Source: Candidatus Sericytochromatia bacterium
Lineage (GTDB): Bacteria; Cyanobacteriota; Sericytochromatia; S15B-MN24; JAQBPE01
Length of the DNA: 64,000 nt
Reading direction: 5' to 3'
NCBI GenBank assembly: GCA_040400605.1
Contig: JBBAPZ010000003.1
Location: forward strand, 1-64,000
Shown here: positions 1 to 9,969 of the stretch, piece by piece
Numbering within the stretch: position 1 is the first letter of the stretch
Layout of the letters: every line of letters starts with the position of its first letter
Notes under the pieces: generated by a model
Told to the model about the DNA's origin: nothing
Seen by the model: only the letters and a program-made list of their open reading frames with translations
Databases searched by the model: none
Position numbers and translations under genes: made by a program

Positions 1-84
1 GCGGATGGGGCGGAAGCGGTCCAGTTCCTCAATGCGATCATCAAGTATCTGGAGGATCCGGAAGCCTTGTTGATGGAATTCTAA
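1..84 (+). CDS. 3' end of dihydrolipoamide acyltransferase (E2 of a 2-oxoacid dehydrogenase), partial
   Basis: Frame 1 reads ADGAEAVQFLNAIIKYLEDPEALLMEF*, the typical E2 C-terminus following the DHRxxDG motif; lpdA lies downstream. Confidence 0.85.
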   Translation, partial: ADGAEAVQFLNAIIKYLEDPEALLMEF

Positions 85-86
85 GG

Positions 87-680
87 ATGTCGCACCGGCG
101 CTTGCCAATGGCTGCGTTGCTTGCCTGGACATTGGCTTCAACCTCGCTGGCCAGCGTTGGTGCCTGCGGGCAACGCGACCCGTTTCCTGAACGCATCGAA
201 AGCCTGGCTGTGCTGCCCATTGAGGTCACTCCCTCGGATGGCGCTGCGGGTTCCGTTGTGGCGGGCTTGCTTGGCTCGGCTTTGCTGCAGCGAACCAGTT
301 TTCGGGTGGTGCCACTCGACAGCGTGTCGCGTTTGCGAATGGATCCACGCTATGAGCGTGTATTTGCCAGGTTTCGCGGGTTGGCGCGGGGGGGTGGGGT
401 TGTGGAGCCGGAAGTGTCGCAGGCGTTGGGCGATCGCACCGGTGTGCGCGGCTTGGTCTGGACAACGTTGTCGTTGGGCCTGGCCTCCCAAGTGCGTGGC
501 GACGTCAGTTTGACGGTGCGCATTTGCGATGCGCGCACGGGGCGACCCGTTTGGCGGGCGTTTCGGCGCCATCCGTTTGAAGGAACGAGTGCGGATCCCG
601 CGTTCGCGCGGGTGATGACCAAAATCATTGATGAAGTGGTGCGGGATTTGCCGCGACCGGAAGGCGAAATCGAGCCGTAA
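87..680 (+). CDS. Putative exported/lipoprotein of unknown function
   Basis: 197 aa ORF starting 2 nt after the E2 stop; hydrophobic N-terminus ending VGAC; LAVLP strand followed by an alpha/beta pattern. Confidence 0.65.
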   Translation: MSHRRLPMAALLAWTLASTSLASVGACGQRDPFPERIESLAVLPIEVTPSDGAAGSVVAGLLGSALLQRTSFRVVPLDSVSRLRMDPRYERVFARFRGLARGGGVVEPEVSQALGDRTGVRGLVWTTLSLGLASQVRGDVSLTVRICDARTGRPVWRAFRRHPFEGTSADPAFARVMTKIIDEVVRDLPRPEGEIEP

Positions 681-714
681 CGGTTGTGGTTGGCAATTAA
701 AGGAGTATCGGGGA

Positions 715-2130
715 ATGACGACGAAGCAAGTGGATGCATTGGTAATCGGAGCAGGCCCCGGTGGCTACGTGGCGGCGATTCGCCTGGCGCAACTCGGTAA
801 AAAAACCCTGGTGGTGGATCGCGCACACGTGGGCGGCGTATGCTTGAATGTGGGTTGTATTCCATCCAAAGCCATCATCCACGCAGCCAAAACCTTCGAG
901 AAAACCAAAAGCGCCGACACCATGGGCATTATCGTCGAAAGCGCCCACTTGGACTTTACACGCCTGATGAACTGGAAAAACGGCATTGTCTCCAAACTGA
1001 CCGGGGGCGTGGCGGGCTTGCTCAAAGGCAACGGCGCCGAATACCTGGCAGGCAATGCACGCATCGTCGGGCCGGGCGTGGTGGAAGTAACCACCGACAC
1101 AGGGATGACACAGGTGCACGCACCACACATCGTGATTGCGACAGGGTCGCGCCCCATCGAGATTCCGGGCTTTGCCTTTGGCGGGCCGATTATGGGTTCG
1201 ACGGAAGCATTGGCTCTGGAGGCCGTGCCTGAGCGCTTAGTGGTCATTGGCGGTGGCTACATCGGGTTGGAACTGGGCAGTGCCTATGCCAAGCTGGGCA
1301 GCGATGTCACAGTCGTGGAAGCATCTAGGCAACTGTTGCCGGGACAAGACCCCGATCTCGTCGCCGTGGTGGCCAAGAAACTCAAAGCCAAAGGTGTCAA
1401 AGTGTTAACCGAAGCCAAGGCACTGGGCTGGGAGGCAGCAGGCACCGGTGCGCGCGTGCGCATCGAAGTAAACGGCACGATGCAGACCCTGGATGCGGAC
1501 AAGGTACTTGTCACGGTGGGGCGTCGGCCGAACAGCGAGAATCTGGGCCTGGAAGCGGTGGGCCTGAAGCCGGATGCACGGGGCTTTTTGGCGGTGGATG
1601 CGCAGCTGCGCACAGGTGTCCCCGGTTTTTATGCGATCGGAGACGTGGTGGGGCAGCCAATGCTCGCGCACAAAGCCTCAGCAGAAGCCGAGGTAGTGGC
1701 AGCGGTCATTGCGGGCAAGCCCGCAGCTTTTGATGCCAAAACCATCCCGGCGGTCATTTTTACGGACCCTGAGATTGCCACCTGTGGCCTGACACCCGAG
1801 CAGGCGGCTACTGCAGGACGCGCGGTATTGGTTGGCAAGTTCCCGTTTGCGGCGTCCGGGCGGGCGATGACGACGGGTGAGACCGAAGGCTTGGTCAAGG
1901 TGTTGGTGGATCGCGACACGCACGAGTTGCTGGGTTTTGGCATCGTGGGCCCGCAGGCGTCTGATTTGATTGCCGAAGGCACGCTGGCCATCGAGATGGG
2001 GGCTTTTGTGGAGGATCTGGCCCTGACCGTGCATGCGCACCCGACACTCGCAGAGACACTCATGGAGGCGGTCAAGCACGCGGTGGGTGAAGCCGTACAT
2101 ACCATGAATGCGCCGGTGATGAGTCGTTAA
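715..2130 (+). CDS. lpdA: Dihydrolipoamide dehydrogenase (E3)
   Basis: GAGPGG FAD motif, GGVCLNVGCIPSK redox disulfide, GGGYIGLE NAD motif, C-terminal HPTLAE; AGGAG RBS before ATG 715. Confidence 0.97.
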   Translation: MTTKQVDALVIGAGPGGYVAAIRLAQLGKKTLVVDRAHVGGVCLNVGCIPSKAIIHAAKTFEKTKSADTMGIIVESAHLDFTRLMNWKNGIVSKLTGGVAGLLKGNGAEYLAGNARIVGPGVVEVTTDTGMTQVHAPHIVIATGSRPIEIPGFAFGGPIMGSTEALALEAVPERLVVIGGGYIGLELGSAYAKLGSDVTVVEASRQLLPGQDPDLVAVVAKKLKAKGVKVLTEAKALGWEAAGTGARVRIEVNGTMQTLDADKVLVTVGRRPNSENLGLEAVGLKPDARGFLAVDAQLRTGVPGFYAIGDVVGQPMLAHKASAEAEVVAAVIAGKPAAFDAKTIPAVIFTDPEIATCGLTPEQAATAGRAVLVGKFPFAASGRAMTTGETEGLVKVLVDRDTHELLGFGIVGPQASDLIAEGTLAIEMGAFVEDLALTVHAHPTLAETLMEAVKHAVGEAVHTMNAPVMSR

Positions 2131-2140
2131 TCGGGCGTCA

Positions 2141-2599
2141 TCAACCGATGGACCGTCCGCCAACGAAGGGCAGGCGGTAGGGCTGACCCAAGGCGGCCTT
2201 CACCACGGCGATCAGCATCACGATCGTCGACCAGATGGTGAAGGCCCCTGCCACCAAACCCACGATGATAACAATCGGCCACCCATTGCTGACAATCCCA
2301 AACTGGCCGTACGAAACGCCCCATAAAACACCGCCGACAAGAATGATGAAAAGACCGAACGTGGCACCCCACAAAGCACCGAATACCACCAGGACAATCA
2401 GGTGAAAGAGCATCGCCTGCACGCTTTGTTCGCGCACATAATCGTTTGGGTCCTCAAACATGCGTGGGAAGAAAAACCAGATACCCAGCGGCACGAGAAA
2501 GGGCATCCCAAGAAAACAACCGGCGTGGCTGAAGGCACTCGCCACCCGCTGTCGCCCGGTCAGGTAAAAATCTGTCGTCATCAGGTAATCAGTCACCAC
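2141..2599 (-). CDS. DUF4870-like membrane protein, copy 1
   Basis: SHAG..P..IW, VREQS.QAMLFH and GQPYRLP motifs; three TM segments; GGAGG RBS. Confidence 0.8.
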   Translation of the reverse strand: MVTDYLMTTDFYLTGRQRVASAFSHAGCFLGMPFLVPLGIWFFFPRMFEDPNDYVREQSVQAMLFHLIVLVVFGALWGATFGLFIILVGGVLWGVSYGQFGIVSNGWPIVIIVGLVAGAFTIWSTIVMLIAVVKAALGQPYRLPFVGGRSIG

Positions 2600-2764
2600 C
2601 CATGCCTCCTGTTCATCAGACGATCGCTTGATTGCCTGTCACAGATCCTATACCCGGTAACAGGCGATCGCACGAAAAACGTCGTCCAGGACGGCATCAC
2701 ACGCCGGTTGTACCACGTCTGAATCGATTGCAATAACCCAGCTGGTGGGTTAATGTAGGGCGTG

Positions 2765-3014
2765 ATGCCAACCTTGAAATGCATTGACGGGTTCGAGATT
2801 CGATTGTTGATTGCAAATGAGCATCGCCCGCCTCACGTTCATGTTTTCAAGGCAGGAGCGGAATGTCGCATCTTGTTTGGGGGATGAAGCGACGCAGCCC
2901 AGATTGTGAAATGTTGTCGGTGGCATGACTGCTCAGGATGCGCGACGGGCGGAGGAATTGGTATCTCGTTGGCAAGGGGAGTTGTTGGCTGCGTGGAGGA
3001 AGTATCATGGATAA
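2765..3014 (+). pseudogene. DUF4160-family putative toxin, disrupted
   Basis: MPTLKCIDGFEIRLLIANEHRPPHVHVFKAG.. stops after a frameshift near 2880; the shifted frame GDEATQPRL*NVVGG..LLAAWRKYHG* contains a further internal TGA and overlaps the DUF2442 start. Confidence 0.8.
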
Positions 3015-3474
3015 GTTTGAGCCGCGTTGGGCGCCTCGGCTCGAGACCGATGCTGAGTTTCTGGAGCGCTTCAAGCAAGCGGAGCGAGCGGGGGAAGACC
3101 TGGCAAGCACAGAGCCCTGTGCGAAGGCGATCGTTTTTCAGGCGGAGAATCGCACGTTTACATTGACCTTGACAGGCGGAACAACTATTGGTTTTGCTGC
3201 GGATGCTGTGCCTGAGCTTGAGAATGCGTCGGACTCAGCGCTTGCCAGCGCCGAGATCATTCCAAGCGGCACTGGCGTGAGTTGGCGTGCGCTTGATGTT
3301 GATGTGTCAGTCTCCGGTTTGGTGCTAGCTTTGCTTGGCGGCTCCGAATGGCGTCGGTCGATTCGCCAGGCAGCCAATCGACAGGCTGCGCAGACGAAAA
3401 GTGAGGCGCGAACGAAGGCTTCGCGAAACAATGGAAGAAAAGGTGGCCGTCCTCGCAAGGCGGCGCAAGGATGA
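3007..3474 (+). CDS. DUF2442-family putative antitoxin
   Basis: PELENASDSAL..EI.PSGTGVSWRALDVDVSV.GL core and C-terminal ASRNNGRKGGRPRK; overlaps the upstream DUF4160 remnant. Confidence 0.85.
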   Translation: MDKFEPRWAPRLETDAEFLERFKQAERAGEDLASTEPCAKAIVFQAENRTFTLTLTGGTTIGFAADAVPELENASDSALASAEIIPSGTGVSWRALDVDVSVSGLVLALLGGSEWRRSIRQAANRQAAQTKSEARTKASRNNGRKGGRPRKAAQG

Positions 3475-3614
3475 TGTGACGCGACGGTTGCAATCGAAAC
3501 CAAAAAGAGAAATGCTGTACCACACCCAAATTGCAACCCCAAAAAAGCGGATTTAAACCCTGCTAACACACACGAAAAGCAACGGCTGATGTTCTGCTCC
3601 GGCTGAGAATCCGG

Positions 3615-3990
3615 TCACCGCGCAATGCCTTTCCGCGCAACCAGCGGCAAGCGGTACGGCTCACCCAGGGCTGTTTTCACAACGGCAATCAGCATCACAA
3701 CCACGGACCAAATGCTGAAAATACTGGCGACCAGACCGAAGGCGATCGCAAAGGGCCAGCCGATGATGATGATGGCCCAGAGGCCCCCAGTAGCGCCCCA
3801 CAGCGCACCCCCCACCACCACAACGATCAGGTGAAAAAGCAGGCTCTGCTCGCGAACATGGTCACCCGGGTCATCACAGAAGCGCGGAAAGAGGAACCAG
3901 ATTGCAAGAAAGGCATGAGCAGAAAGCCGCCGGCGTGACTGAAGGCAGCGGCCACACGCTGTTATTGGGTCAAGGGTTCGACGGTTTCCA
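3615..3990 (-). pseudogene. DUF4870-like membrane protein, copy 2, disrupted
   Basis: The paralogous 5' frame reads LTQ*QRVAAAFSHAGGFLLMPFL (premature TAA) and then frameshifts near 3905 into IWFLFPRF..GEPYRLP; it also has a short in-frame deletion after REQS. Confidence 0.75.
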
Positions 3991-4020
3991 TTGCCAAGGT
4001 CTTTCTCCATTTTCAACAAA

Positions 4021-4052
4021 ACCCGCCCGCAAGTCGGGCTTGCGAGCGGGGT
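4021..4052 (-). terminator. GC-rich hairpin downstream of the NAD(P)H dehydrogenase gene
   Basis: ACCCGCCCGCAAGTCGGGCTTGCGAGCGGGGT imperfect inverted repeat followed by T-rich sequence on the minus strand. Confidence 0.55.
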
Positions 4053-4069
4053 ATAGGGTTTGGACGACT

Positions 4070-4666
4070 TCAGACTTGCGCGGGGGCGAAGTAACGGCGG
4101 GCGGTTGCCTGGACCTGGGTCAGGTAGCCTTTGCGGGTGGCATCATCCACGGTCGGAACGCCACCGAAAAAGACATGCTCCAACACGTCCATGCCACAGA
4201 ATCCGAAGACACCGGCATCCGCGCTCTGTTTCATCGCCGCATGCATGCCGGTCTGGGCATAGTAATCAAACGGGTTGCCGTGATTGGCAACAAGCAGGAC
4301 ACGCTTGCCTTTGAGCAGGCCATCAACACCATTTTCTCCGTAGCGGAAAGCAAAGTCGTAGGTTAATACACGGTCAATCCAGCCTTTGAGAATGGCAGGA
4401 AAACTAGCCCACCAGATAGGGTAGATGACCGTGATGGCATCCGCCCAGGCGATGTGTTGCTGTTCGGTCACGACATCTGCCAGCAAGGCGCCTGCCTTCA
4501 TCGCAGCATAATCGCGTTCACCCAGGACCGGATCGAAACCCAAGGCATACAAGTCACGCACAACGACGGCGTGACCGCCTTGCACATACTCATCCCGGAG
4601 CGTTTCGAGAATGGCATGCGCAAAACTGGCCGGATTGGGATGCGCGTAGATAATGAGATGGTTCAC
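4070..4666 (-). CDS. NAD(P)H dehydrogenase (quinone), flavodoxin-like fold (MdaB/KefF family)
   Basis: IYAHPNPASF, RDLYALGFDPVL and YPIWWASFPAILKGWIDRV motifs. Confidence 0.92.
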   Translation of the reverse strand: MNHLIIYAHPNPASFAHAILETLRDEYVQGGHAVVVRDLYALGFDPVLGERDYAAMKAGALLADVVTEQQHIAWADAITVIYPIWWASFPAILKGWIDRVLTYDFAFRYGENGVDGLLKGKRVLLVANHGNPFDYYAQTGMHAAMKQSADAGVFGFCGMDVLEHVFFGGVPTVDDATRKGYLTQVQATARRYFAPAQV

Positions 4667-4809
4667 GGGGTCAATGCTCCTTGCCTAAACCTGGAATGCT
4701 CAACCATCTAAGCAGGCCATGTGCGCCGGGTCAAATGTCGAAGGCTCTTTCCATCGGGCGCTCAGAGCTGCCGCAAGGTTGACGATCGCCCCGTGGTCAC
4801 AGCGACGCA

Positions 4810-5202
4810 TCAACCGCTCAGGCGTCCGCCAACCAGAGGCAAGCGGTATGGCTCACCCATGGCTGTTTTCACAACGGCAATCAGCATCACAATCACGGAC
4901 CAAATGCTGAAAACACTAGCCACCAAACCCATTACGATCGCAAAGGGCCAGCCGATAAGGATGATCGCAAAGAGGCCGTAAGTGGCGCCCCACAAAGCAC
5001 TGTTCACCACCACGACAATCATGTGAAAAAACATGGCTTGGAAACTTTGTTCGCGGACATGATTGTTAGGATCATCAAACAGGCGGGGAAACAACAACCA
5101 GATGACGAACGGAAGGAGAAAGGGCATCAAAAGGAAAAAACCGGCGTGGCTTAAAGCACTTGCCACCCGCTGCAACCCGCTCAGTTGAGAATCGGTCACC
5201 AC
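4810..5202 (-). CDS. DUF4870-like membrane protein, copy 3
   Basis: Close paralog of 2141-2599 (SHAGFF..VREQSFQAMFFH..GEPYRLP); GGAGG RBS before GTG 5202. Confidence 0.8.
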   Translation of the reverse strand: MVTDSQLSGLQRVASALSHAGFFLLMPFLLPFVIWLLFPRLFDDPNNHVREQSFQAMFFHMIVVVVNSALWGATYGLFAIILIGWPFAIVMGLVASVFSIWSVIVMLIAVVKTAMGEPYRLPLVGGRLSG

Positions 5203-5636
5203 CCACGCACCTCCGATTATTCGTGCGATCGCCAACGCGCCTCACCAAACTTAAGCTAACGTCCTTTGGGCGATCTGGTCAATACCTTGATCCGTCGCGA
5301 AACCCATCGCGTGGATGGCCTCACGGTTGCGGGCTCGCAGATTAAAGTTGGCCAGCGAATACCAGCACACTCGCCGCGTCCTTCCATCAAACACGGCCGT
5401 TTCCAACTGATCACCGTAGAACACAGGGATCCCGTGGCAACTGCCGCGGTTGACCAGAATACCACGGCCGAAGGACACCACAGTCACGACGCTGAGCCAA
5501 GCAGGATCCCCAGGCTGCCTATTCACGATGAAATCATCAAATCGCTCGACAGGGCGAGCCGTTTCATCCCCAGGCTTGAAAAATTAGCCAACATTAGCTA
5601 ATTTAAAAATCAGCGTCGGTTGAGGGGGTTCGCACA

Positions 5637-5876
5637 ATGAAAATCGTCAACGTGCACGAGGCCAAGTCGCAGCTCTCGAAGTTGATCGAGCAGGTCGAAG
5701 CGGGTGAAGATGTTGTAATCGCCCGTGCTGGCAAACCGGCCGTCCGTTTGATTGCATTCAAGGCAGAGGCCAGGCCGCGGGTCGGTGGGGTCTGGCGCAA
5801 TCAGGTGAGAATGACGGATGACTTTGATGTACTGCCGGAGGCGTGGCTGTCCGTTTTTGAGGGACATGGGGTGTGA
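5637..5876 (+). CDS. Phd/YefM-family antitoxin
   Basis: MKIVNVHEAKSQLSKLIEQVEAGEDVVIARAGKPAVRL; GTGA overlap with the PIN gene. Confidence 0.93.
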   Translation: MKIVNVHEAKSQLSKLIEQVEAGEDVVIARAGKPAVRLIAFKAEARPRVGGVWRNQVRMTDDFDVLPEAWLSVFEGHGV

Positions 5877-6250
5877 GGCTGTTGCTTGATACCCACGTTG
5901 TGCTGTGGTGGTTGGCAACACCGGAGGTGATTGCGCCGATCGCAAGCCATGCGATCGCACAAGCAGAAAACACCGTGTACGTGAGTGCTGCGAGCATCTG
6001 GGAAATGGGCATCAAGCAGCAACTACAGAAGCTGACCCTGCCAGGGGATCCGCTTGAAGCGATTGTTTCCGTTGGCTTCGACTGTCTGGCAATCACCGCG
6101 GCACACAGTTGGCGAGCGGGGAACCTGCCCCCGTATCATCGCGACCCCTTTGACCGATTGCTTATCGCACAGGCGGAGATGGAGGGAATGATCCTCGTGA
6201 CGCGGAACGTGCACATCTCCCACTACGGTGTCCCCATTCTCCCTGCTTGA
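5873..6250 (+). CDS. vapC: VapC-family PIN-domain toxin
   Basis: LLLDTHVVLW, SAASIWE and HRDPFDRLLIAQA motifs; last acidic site reads VTRN instead of VTRD. Confidence 0.92.
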   Translation: MRLLLDTHVVLWWLATPEVIAPIASHAIAQAENTVYVSAASIWEMGIKQQLQKLTLPGDPLEAIVSVGFDCLAITAAHSWRAGNLPPYHRDPFDRLLIAQAEMEGMILVTRNVHISHYGVPILPA

Positions 6251-6331
6251 CAGGTGACGACAAAATAAATTTCGGTTTAAGAACTTGAGGCGGAATATCG
6301 GGTTTTTTGACAAGCTTGCTTGCAATGATCA

Positions 6332-6440
6332 CGCTGCACAGACGAAAAGTGAGGCGCGAACAAAGGCTTCGCGAAGCAATGGAAGAAAAGGTGGCCGTCC
6401 TTGCAAAGCAGCGCAGGGATAATGCGACGTGACGATGTTG
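6332..6440 (+). repeat. Diverged duplicate of the 3' end of the DUF2442 gene (about 3386-3490)
   Basis: CAGACGAAAAGTGAGGCGCGAAC..AATGGAAGAAAAGGTGGCCGTCC is shared between the two loci. Confidence 0.9.
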
Positions 6441-6480
6441 ATCCCCTGCAACGTCTGATTGTACCCGACCCTGATACCCT

Positions 6481-7389
6481 TCACCGCCACTGACGGGCGG
6501 TGTCGGGTGAGGGGGCTCGGAAGCGTTCAGGGTGCAAGATGCCGGCCAGGGTCTCGATGGCCACGATGCTGGTGGGCCCGATACGTGAAAACAGGCGGTT
6601 GGCGTCGAGGGCCCACAGTTGACCCTGGCGCGCGGCCCGTGTGTGTTTGAGCGGGCTTGACTGCATGAGTCGCCGGGTTGCGTCCCAGGCGCTGGCAAGA
6701 TCATAGCCACAGGGCATCACCAGGAGGATATCCGCGTCAGCGACCAGCACCTCATCCCAGGTGGCACGGGGGGATACATGGTGTGGGGGAACCAGCAGAT
6801 GTGTGCCCCCTGCGTGTGCGATCCATTCCGGTACCCAGTGTCCCCCCAAAAACAGGGGCTCGTCCCACTCAATGGCCAGCACACGGGGGCGAGGAAGCGT
6901 TGTGGGGATGATGGGCAAACGGGCTTCCCAGTGATCGATCAAGCCCTCGGCGCGCGCTGGAACCCCACAGGCCGCGGCGATCGCCCGACAATCCGCTTTG
7001 AGCCCCTCCCAGCTTGCGCCATCCAGGTTCAACCACGCCCGCCCGGACTTCTGAATCGCGTGCATGTCACGGCCATCCAGCGCACACACATCGCACACCA
7101 CCTGCGCCAGGATCAAGTCCGGGTCGAGCTCATCCAGCAAGGCTTCATCCAGCACATGAAGGGCCTCGCCTGCGCGCGCCGCAGCTGATACCCAAGCGTC
7201 GATTTCAGCCGCACTGCCTGTGGGTACTCGCGTCCGGCTCACACGTGGCTGCTCGGCCACCGCCGGGTGATCACAGGCGTGACTCACACCGAGCAGTCGC
7301 TCGGTGAGGCCGAGTGCGACCACCATATCTGTCGCGGCTGGCACGAGACTCACCAGTCGCCGGGCGTCCCCGTTTGTCTGATCCGTCAT
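6481..7389 (-). CDS. Cobalamin/iron-siderophore substrate-binding-like protein (BtuF/TroA fold)
   Basis: RLVSLVPAATDMVVALG, GVSHACD, CDVCA, GHWVPE, MPCG and FSRIGP motifs. Confidence 0.85.
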   Translation of the reverse strand: MTDQTNGDARRLVSLVPAATDMVVALGLTERLLGVSHACDHPAVAEQPRVSRTRVPTGSAAEIDAWVSAAARAGEALHVLDEALLDELDPDLILAQVVCDVCALDGRDMHAIQKSGRAWLNLDGASWEGLKADCRAIAAACGVPARAEGLIDHWEARLPIIPTTLPRPRVLAIEWDEPLFLGGHWVPEWIAHAGGTHLLVPPHHVSPRATWDEVLVADADILLVMPCGYDLASAWDATRRLMQSSPLKHTRAARQGQLWALDANRLFSRIGPTSIVAIETLAGILHPERFRAPSPDTARQWR

Positions 7390-7391
7390 GG

Positions 7392-7847
7392 CTACTCCGA
7401 AGCAACGGTAACCGGAAAACTGACCGTGTCGATGGCCTGCTCAGGCCCTTCCCAGGAGCGGTAAAGCGCGAAAGTCAGCACCGTCTCACCGGGTTTTTGC
7501 GCCTTGAAATCGAAAATCTCATCGGCCATCGGCGCGCCTGGCATCATCACCGCCGGTGGCGCACCGCGGCGCTGCCTGATGAGGGTCACCACCTGAGTGT
7601 CGTGACCCTCTTTCAGAAACCACTCGTAGCCCGTTGCGGGATTGCCAGGAAACACCACGCTGAAGCTTTCCTGCCCTTTTACCCTGAAGCGGGCGCCGCT
7701 CGGGGTACGCGTGGCCTGGGCATTGGGAACGGGCTGTCCATTGAGTGCCCCATTGCCCTGGCTGGCAGGGGTCACGCTCGCGCAAGCCGAAAGCAGCGAG
7801 AAGCAGCCAAAGGCCAGGCGGCCAAGCGCACGGGTGGACATCGTCAC
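7392..7847 (-). CDS. Chagasin/I42 protease-inhibitor-family lipoprotein
   Basis: Lipobox LSAC; NPATGYEW, PGA and YRSWE loops typical of I42. Confidence 0.85.
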   Translation of the reverse strand: MTMSTRALGRLAFGCFSLLSACASVTPASQGNGALNGQPVPNAQATRTPSGARFRVKGQESFSVVFPGNPATGYEWFLKEGHDTQVVTLIRQRRGAPPAVMMPGAPMADEIFDFKAQKPGETVLTFALYRSWEGPEQAIDTVSFPVTVASE

Positions 7848-8094
7848 ATCCTTTCGTCAAAGATACCCTTCCAGGTAAACCCCTGGATTCAATCATTTAA
7901 CTTCTTGAGTTCAAACAATCATCAAACCATGAGATTTGGCCTGAAATCGAGTCTGCCCGATGTGGTCTGCGAGGATCGCCAGACCCCGCCTGCGCGCAGC
8001 GATCACGGATGGAGGCCAAGCACGACAAAGAAGGCCTCGTCGTGCTGGCAAGAGAAGTCGGCTTCGCCCACCACGACGCAAGGGGCCGAGGCTG

Positions 8095-8370
8095 GTGCCA
8101 ATGGGTGCGGTGTTACAGGCTGCGGTGATTGGTTTAGCCAGTGGCTTAAAGGCGGTCAGGTTTTGGGACGATGGCAGCTGTCGCGTTGATCGCCTACAAC
8201 GCCTGGCAAAGCTATCTCTACCAAACCCTCGGCATTGACCCGATGCGGCCGGGACGAAGCTGGGCGGATTTGAGAATTGATCTTTGGTGCAGCCTTGGCG
8301 ATCGCGACCACGTTGATGATCACCATGCCACTGGACCACCACCCCAAGCAGCCTGATTCCGGTCTGATTC
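8095..8370 (+). pseudogene. Frameshifted remnant of a membrane protein gene
   Basis: Hydrophobic segments continue across three + frames (VPMGAVLQAAVIGLASG / MAAVALIAYNAW / IFGAALAIATTLMIT). Confidence 0.35.
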
Positions 8371-8597
8371 GTGCGCCCCCAAAAGCAATCGACCGCCTGT
8401 TAACTCCTCTGACTGAGGAGCTAATCTCTGCTGTCGAACGTACACCAACTGCAAGCAGTTACGCTTCTTGACAGTCACTTGGAATGTTGCAATCAATCGG
8501 GGCGAAATCTCTGTGAAAATACCAATTTTTAATAAAGAGTTAACTTATATCACCCTGATTTGTAACCTGACTGGAACGCGCTTAAACGACAACCATT

Positions 8598-9530
8598 TTG
8601 TCTTGGATGTTACGTCAGATGAAGGAGAAGCGAATCGTGGGTGCGATCTCAAATCAGTTCAAAGACAGTTTGATTCAGCGAGTGGTTGAGCGCACCTTTA
8701 ATGAAGCAGGCGCTGGCACAACAATCGGGATGAGCACAGGTGTCAAAAACAATTTAGGTGGTGTGGATACAGATGGTGATGGCAGAATGAGTCGTGATGA
8801 GCTGACGCTTGCCATGACCAAAGGTAATGTCAAGCTAAGCTTCGAAAACGGTGGCCGCGCCAATTATGGTCTTGCACGGGAGATTGTGAACTATCTCGAT
8901 GCTGCGGATGGTACGCTGGGAGGCCAAATCCGGGTATCCAATGCGGATGTGGATGCGGATCTAGCCGCGAAAAACCTCGCGAGTGGCAAATGGGTTCTGG
9001 GCAAGGCGTTGGAGATTTTTGACGCGGGGGACAAGCGAACAATTGAGTTACATCAAAATGCGGACGGGCCCAAGTTTACGCTGCCAGGCGGCACAGCTGC
9101 CGCACCGAAACCGAAGTCGCCACCAGCGAATTCAGCAGCGATTACCGCGCTTCGCGATACCGCAATGGCGGACTACAGTAGCGCGGTCAAGGAAAGCGCG
9201 ATTCGAGGTCTTGGTCAATATCGGACCAAAGAATCGGTGAAGGCCATCTTCGACATTTCCCAGACTACGTATTCGGAATCCCTAAAAGTCAATGCGATTG
9301 AGCAGTTGGGAGCGGCACTGGGTCAAGTGGGCGATGCTGGGTACTACATCAAGGAGTTGGGCTTAGCCAGTTATTCGAGCTCAACGAAGATATCAGCCAT
9401 TAAAGAACTGGGACGATATCCATCGAGTGACAACATTCGACACATCCAAAGCATTGCTGAAAGCAGCTATTCAAGCGATGTCAAGCAAACTGCCATCCGG
9501 GCGATCGCAGGCGGGTATCGATTAAGGTAA
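8598..9530 (+). CDS. Hypothetical protein with an EF-hand-like loop and four HEAT-like repeats
   Basis: DTDGDGRMSRDE loop; repeats YSSAVKESAIRGLG / YSESLKVNAIEQLG / YSSSTKISAIKELG / YSSDVKQTAIRAIA. Confidence 0.75.
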   Translation: MSWMLRQMKEKRIVGAISNQFKDSLIQRVVERTFNEAGAGTTIGMSTGVKNNLGGVDTDGDGRMSRDELTLAMTKGNVKLSFENGGRANYGLAREIVNYLDAADGTLGGQIRVSNADVDADLAAKNLASGKWVLGKALEIFDAGDKRTIELHQNADGPKFTLPGGTAAAPKPKSPPANSAAITALRDTAMADYSSAVKESAIRGLGQYRTKESVKAIFDISQTTYSESLKVNAIEQLGAALGQVGDAGYYIKELGLASYSSSTKISAIKELGRYPSSDNIRHIQSIAESSYSSDVKQTAIRAIAGGYRLR

Positions 9531-9770
9531 TCACTCCGAGTGCGCGCGGTCTATGCAGATTCCTATTAATCAGGGATCAACCGGAAGCTGGTGACGTAAC
9601 CGGCGACCGACGCAGGCTCACATTAGAAGTGCTCAAATGGCTCTTTGTCAGTCAGAGTCTGTATCGCAGCGCGAGCAATTGTCGCTTGGGCCATTCGTGT
9701 GCAAACCATGGCCCAAGCCATCCAAGGCCTTCGCGAATTCGATTCGCCTGGCAGCCCCGGAGTATCAAAC

Positions 9771-9969
9771 CGTCTGGCTAAACCCCTGCCGGACAGGTAA
9801 ACTGCATCAGGGGGATGGGCACGTGAATGCGGACTTGCTCACTTTGCTGAAGCGTCACTGGGGCTATGCCCGTTTTTTGCCGGGGCAGGCTGAGACCGTC
9901 ACGCACATTATGGGGCGCCAGGACAGCCTGGTTGTTCTTCCAACCGGTGCCGGCACAAGCCTGTGCTAC
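9771..9969 (+). repeat. Left direct repeat: truncated copy of the recQ upstream region and first ~49 codons
   Basis: About 13 differences in 200 nt versus 26007-26206 by manual alignment; Walker A GAGKS reads GAGTS; homology ends abruptly after CTGTGCTAC. Confidence 0.95.

Noticed and set aside
5251..5601. ORFs on either strand between DUF4870 copy 3 and the antitoxin
   Set aside because: No clear RBS or motif; the minus-strand frame may be a gene fragment but I cannot support a call.
2141..6440. Integron cassette array
   Set aside because: No integron integrase or recognisable attC sites; genes lie in mixed orientation.
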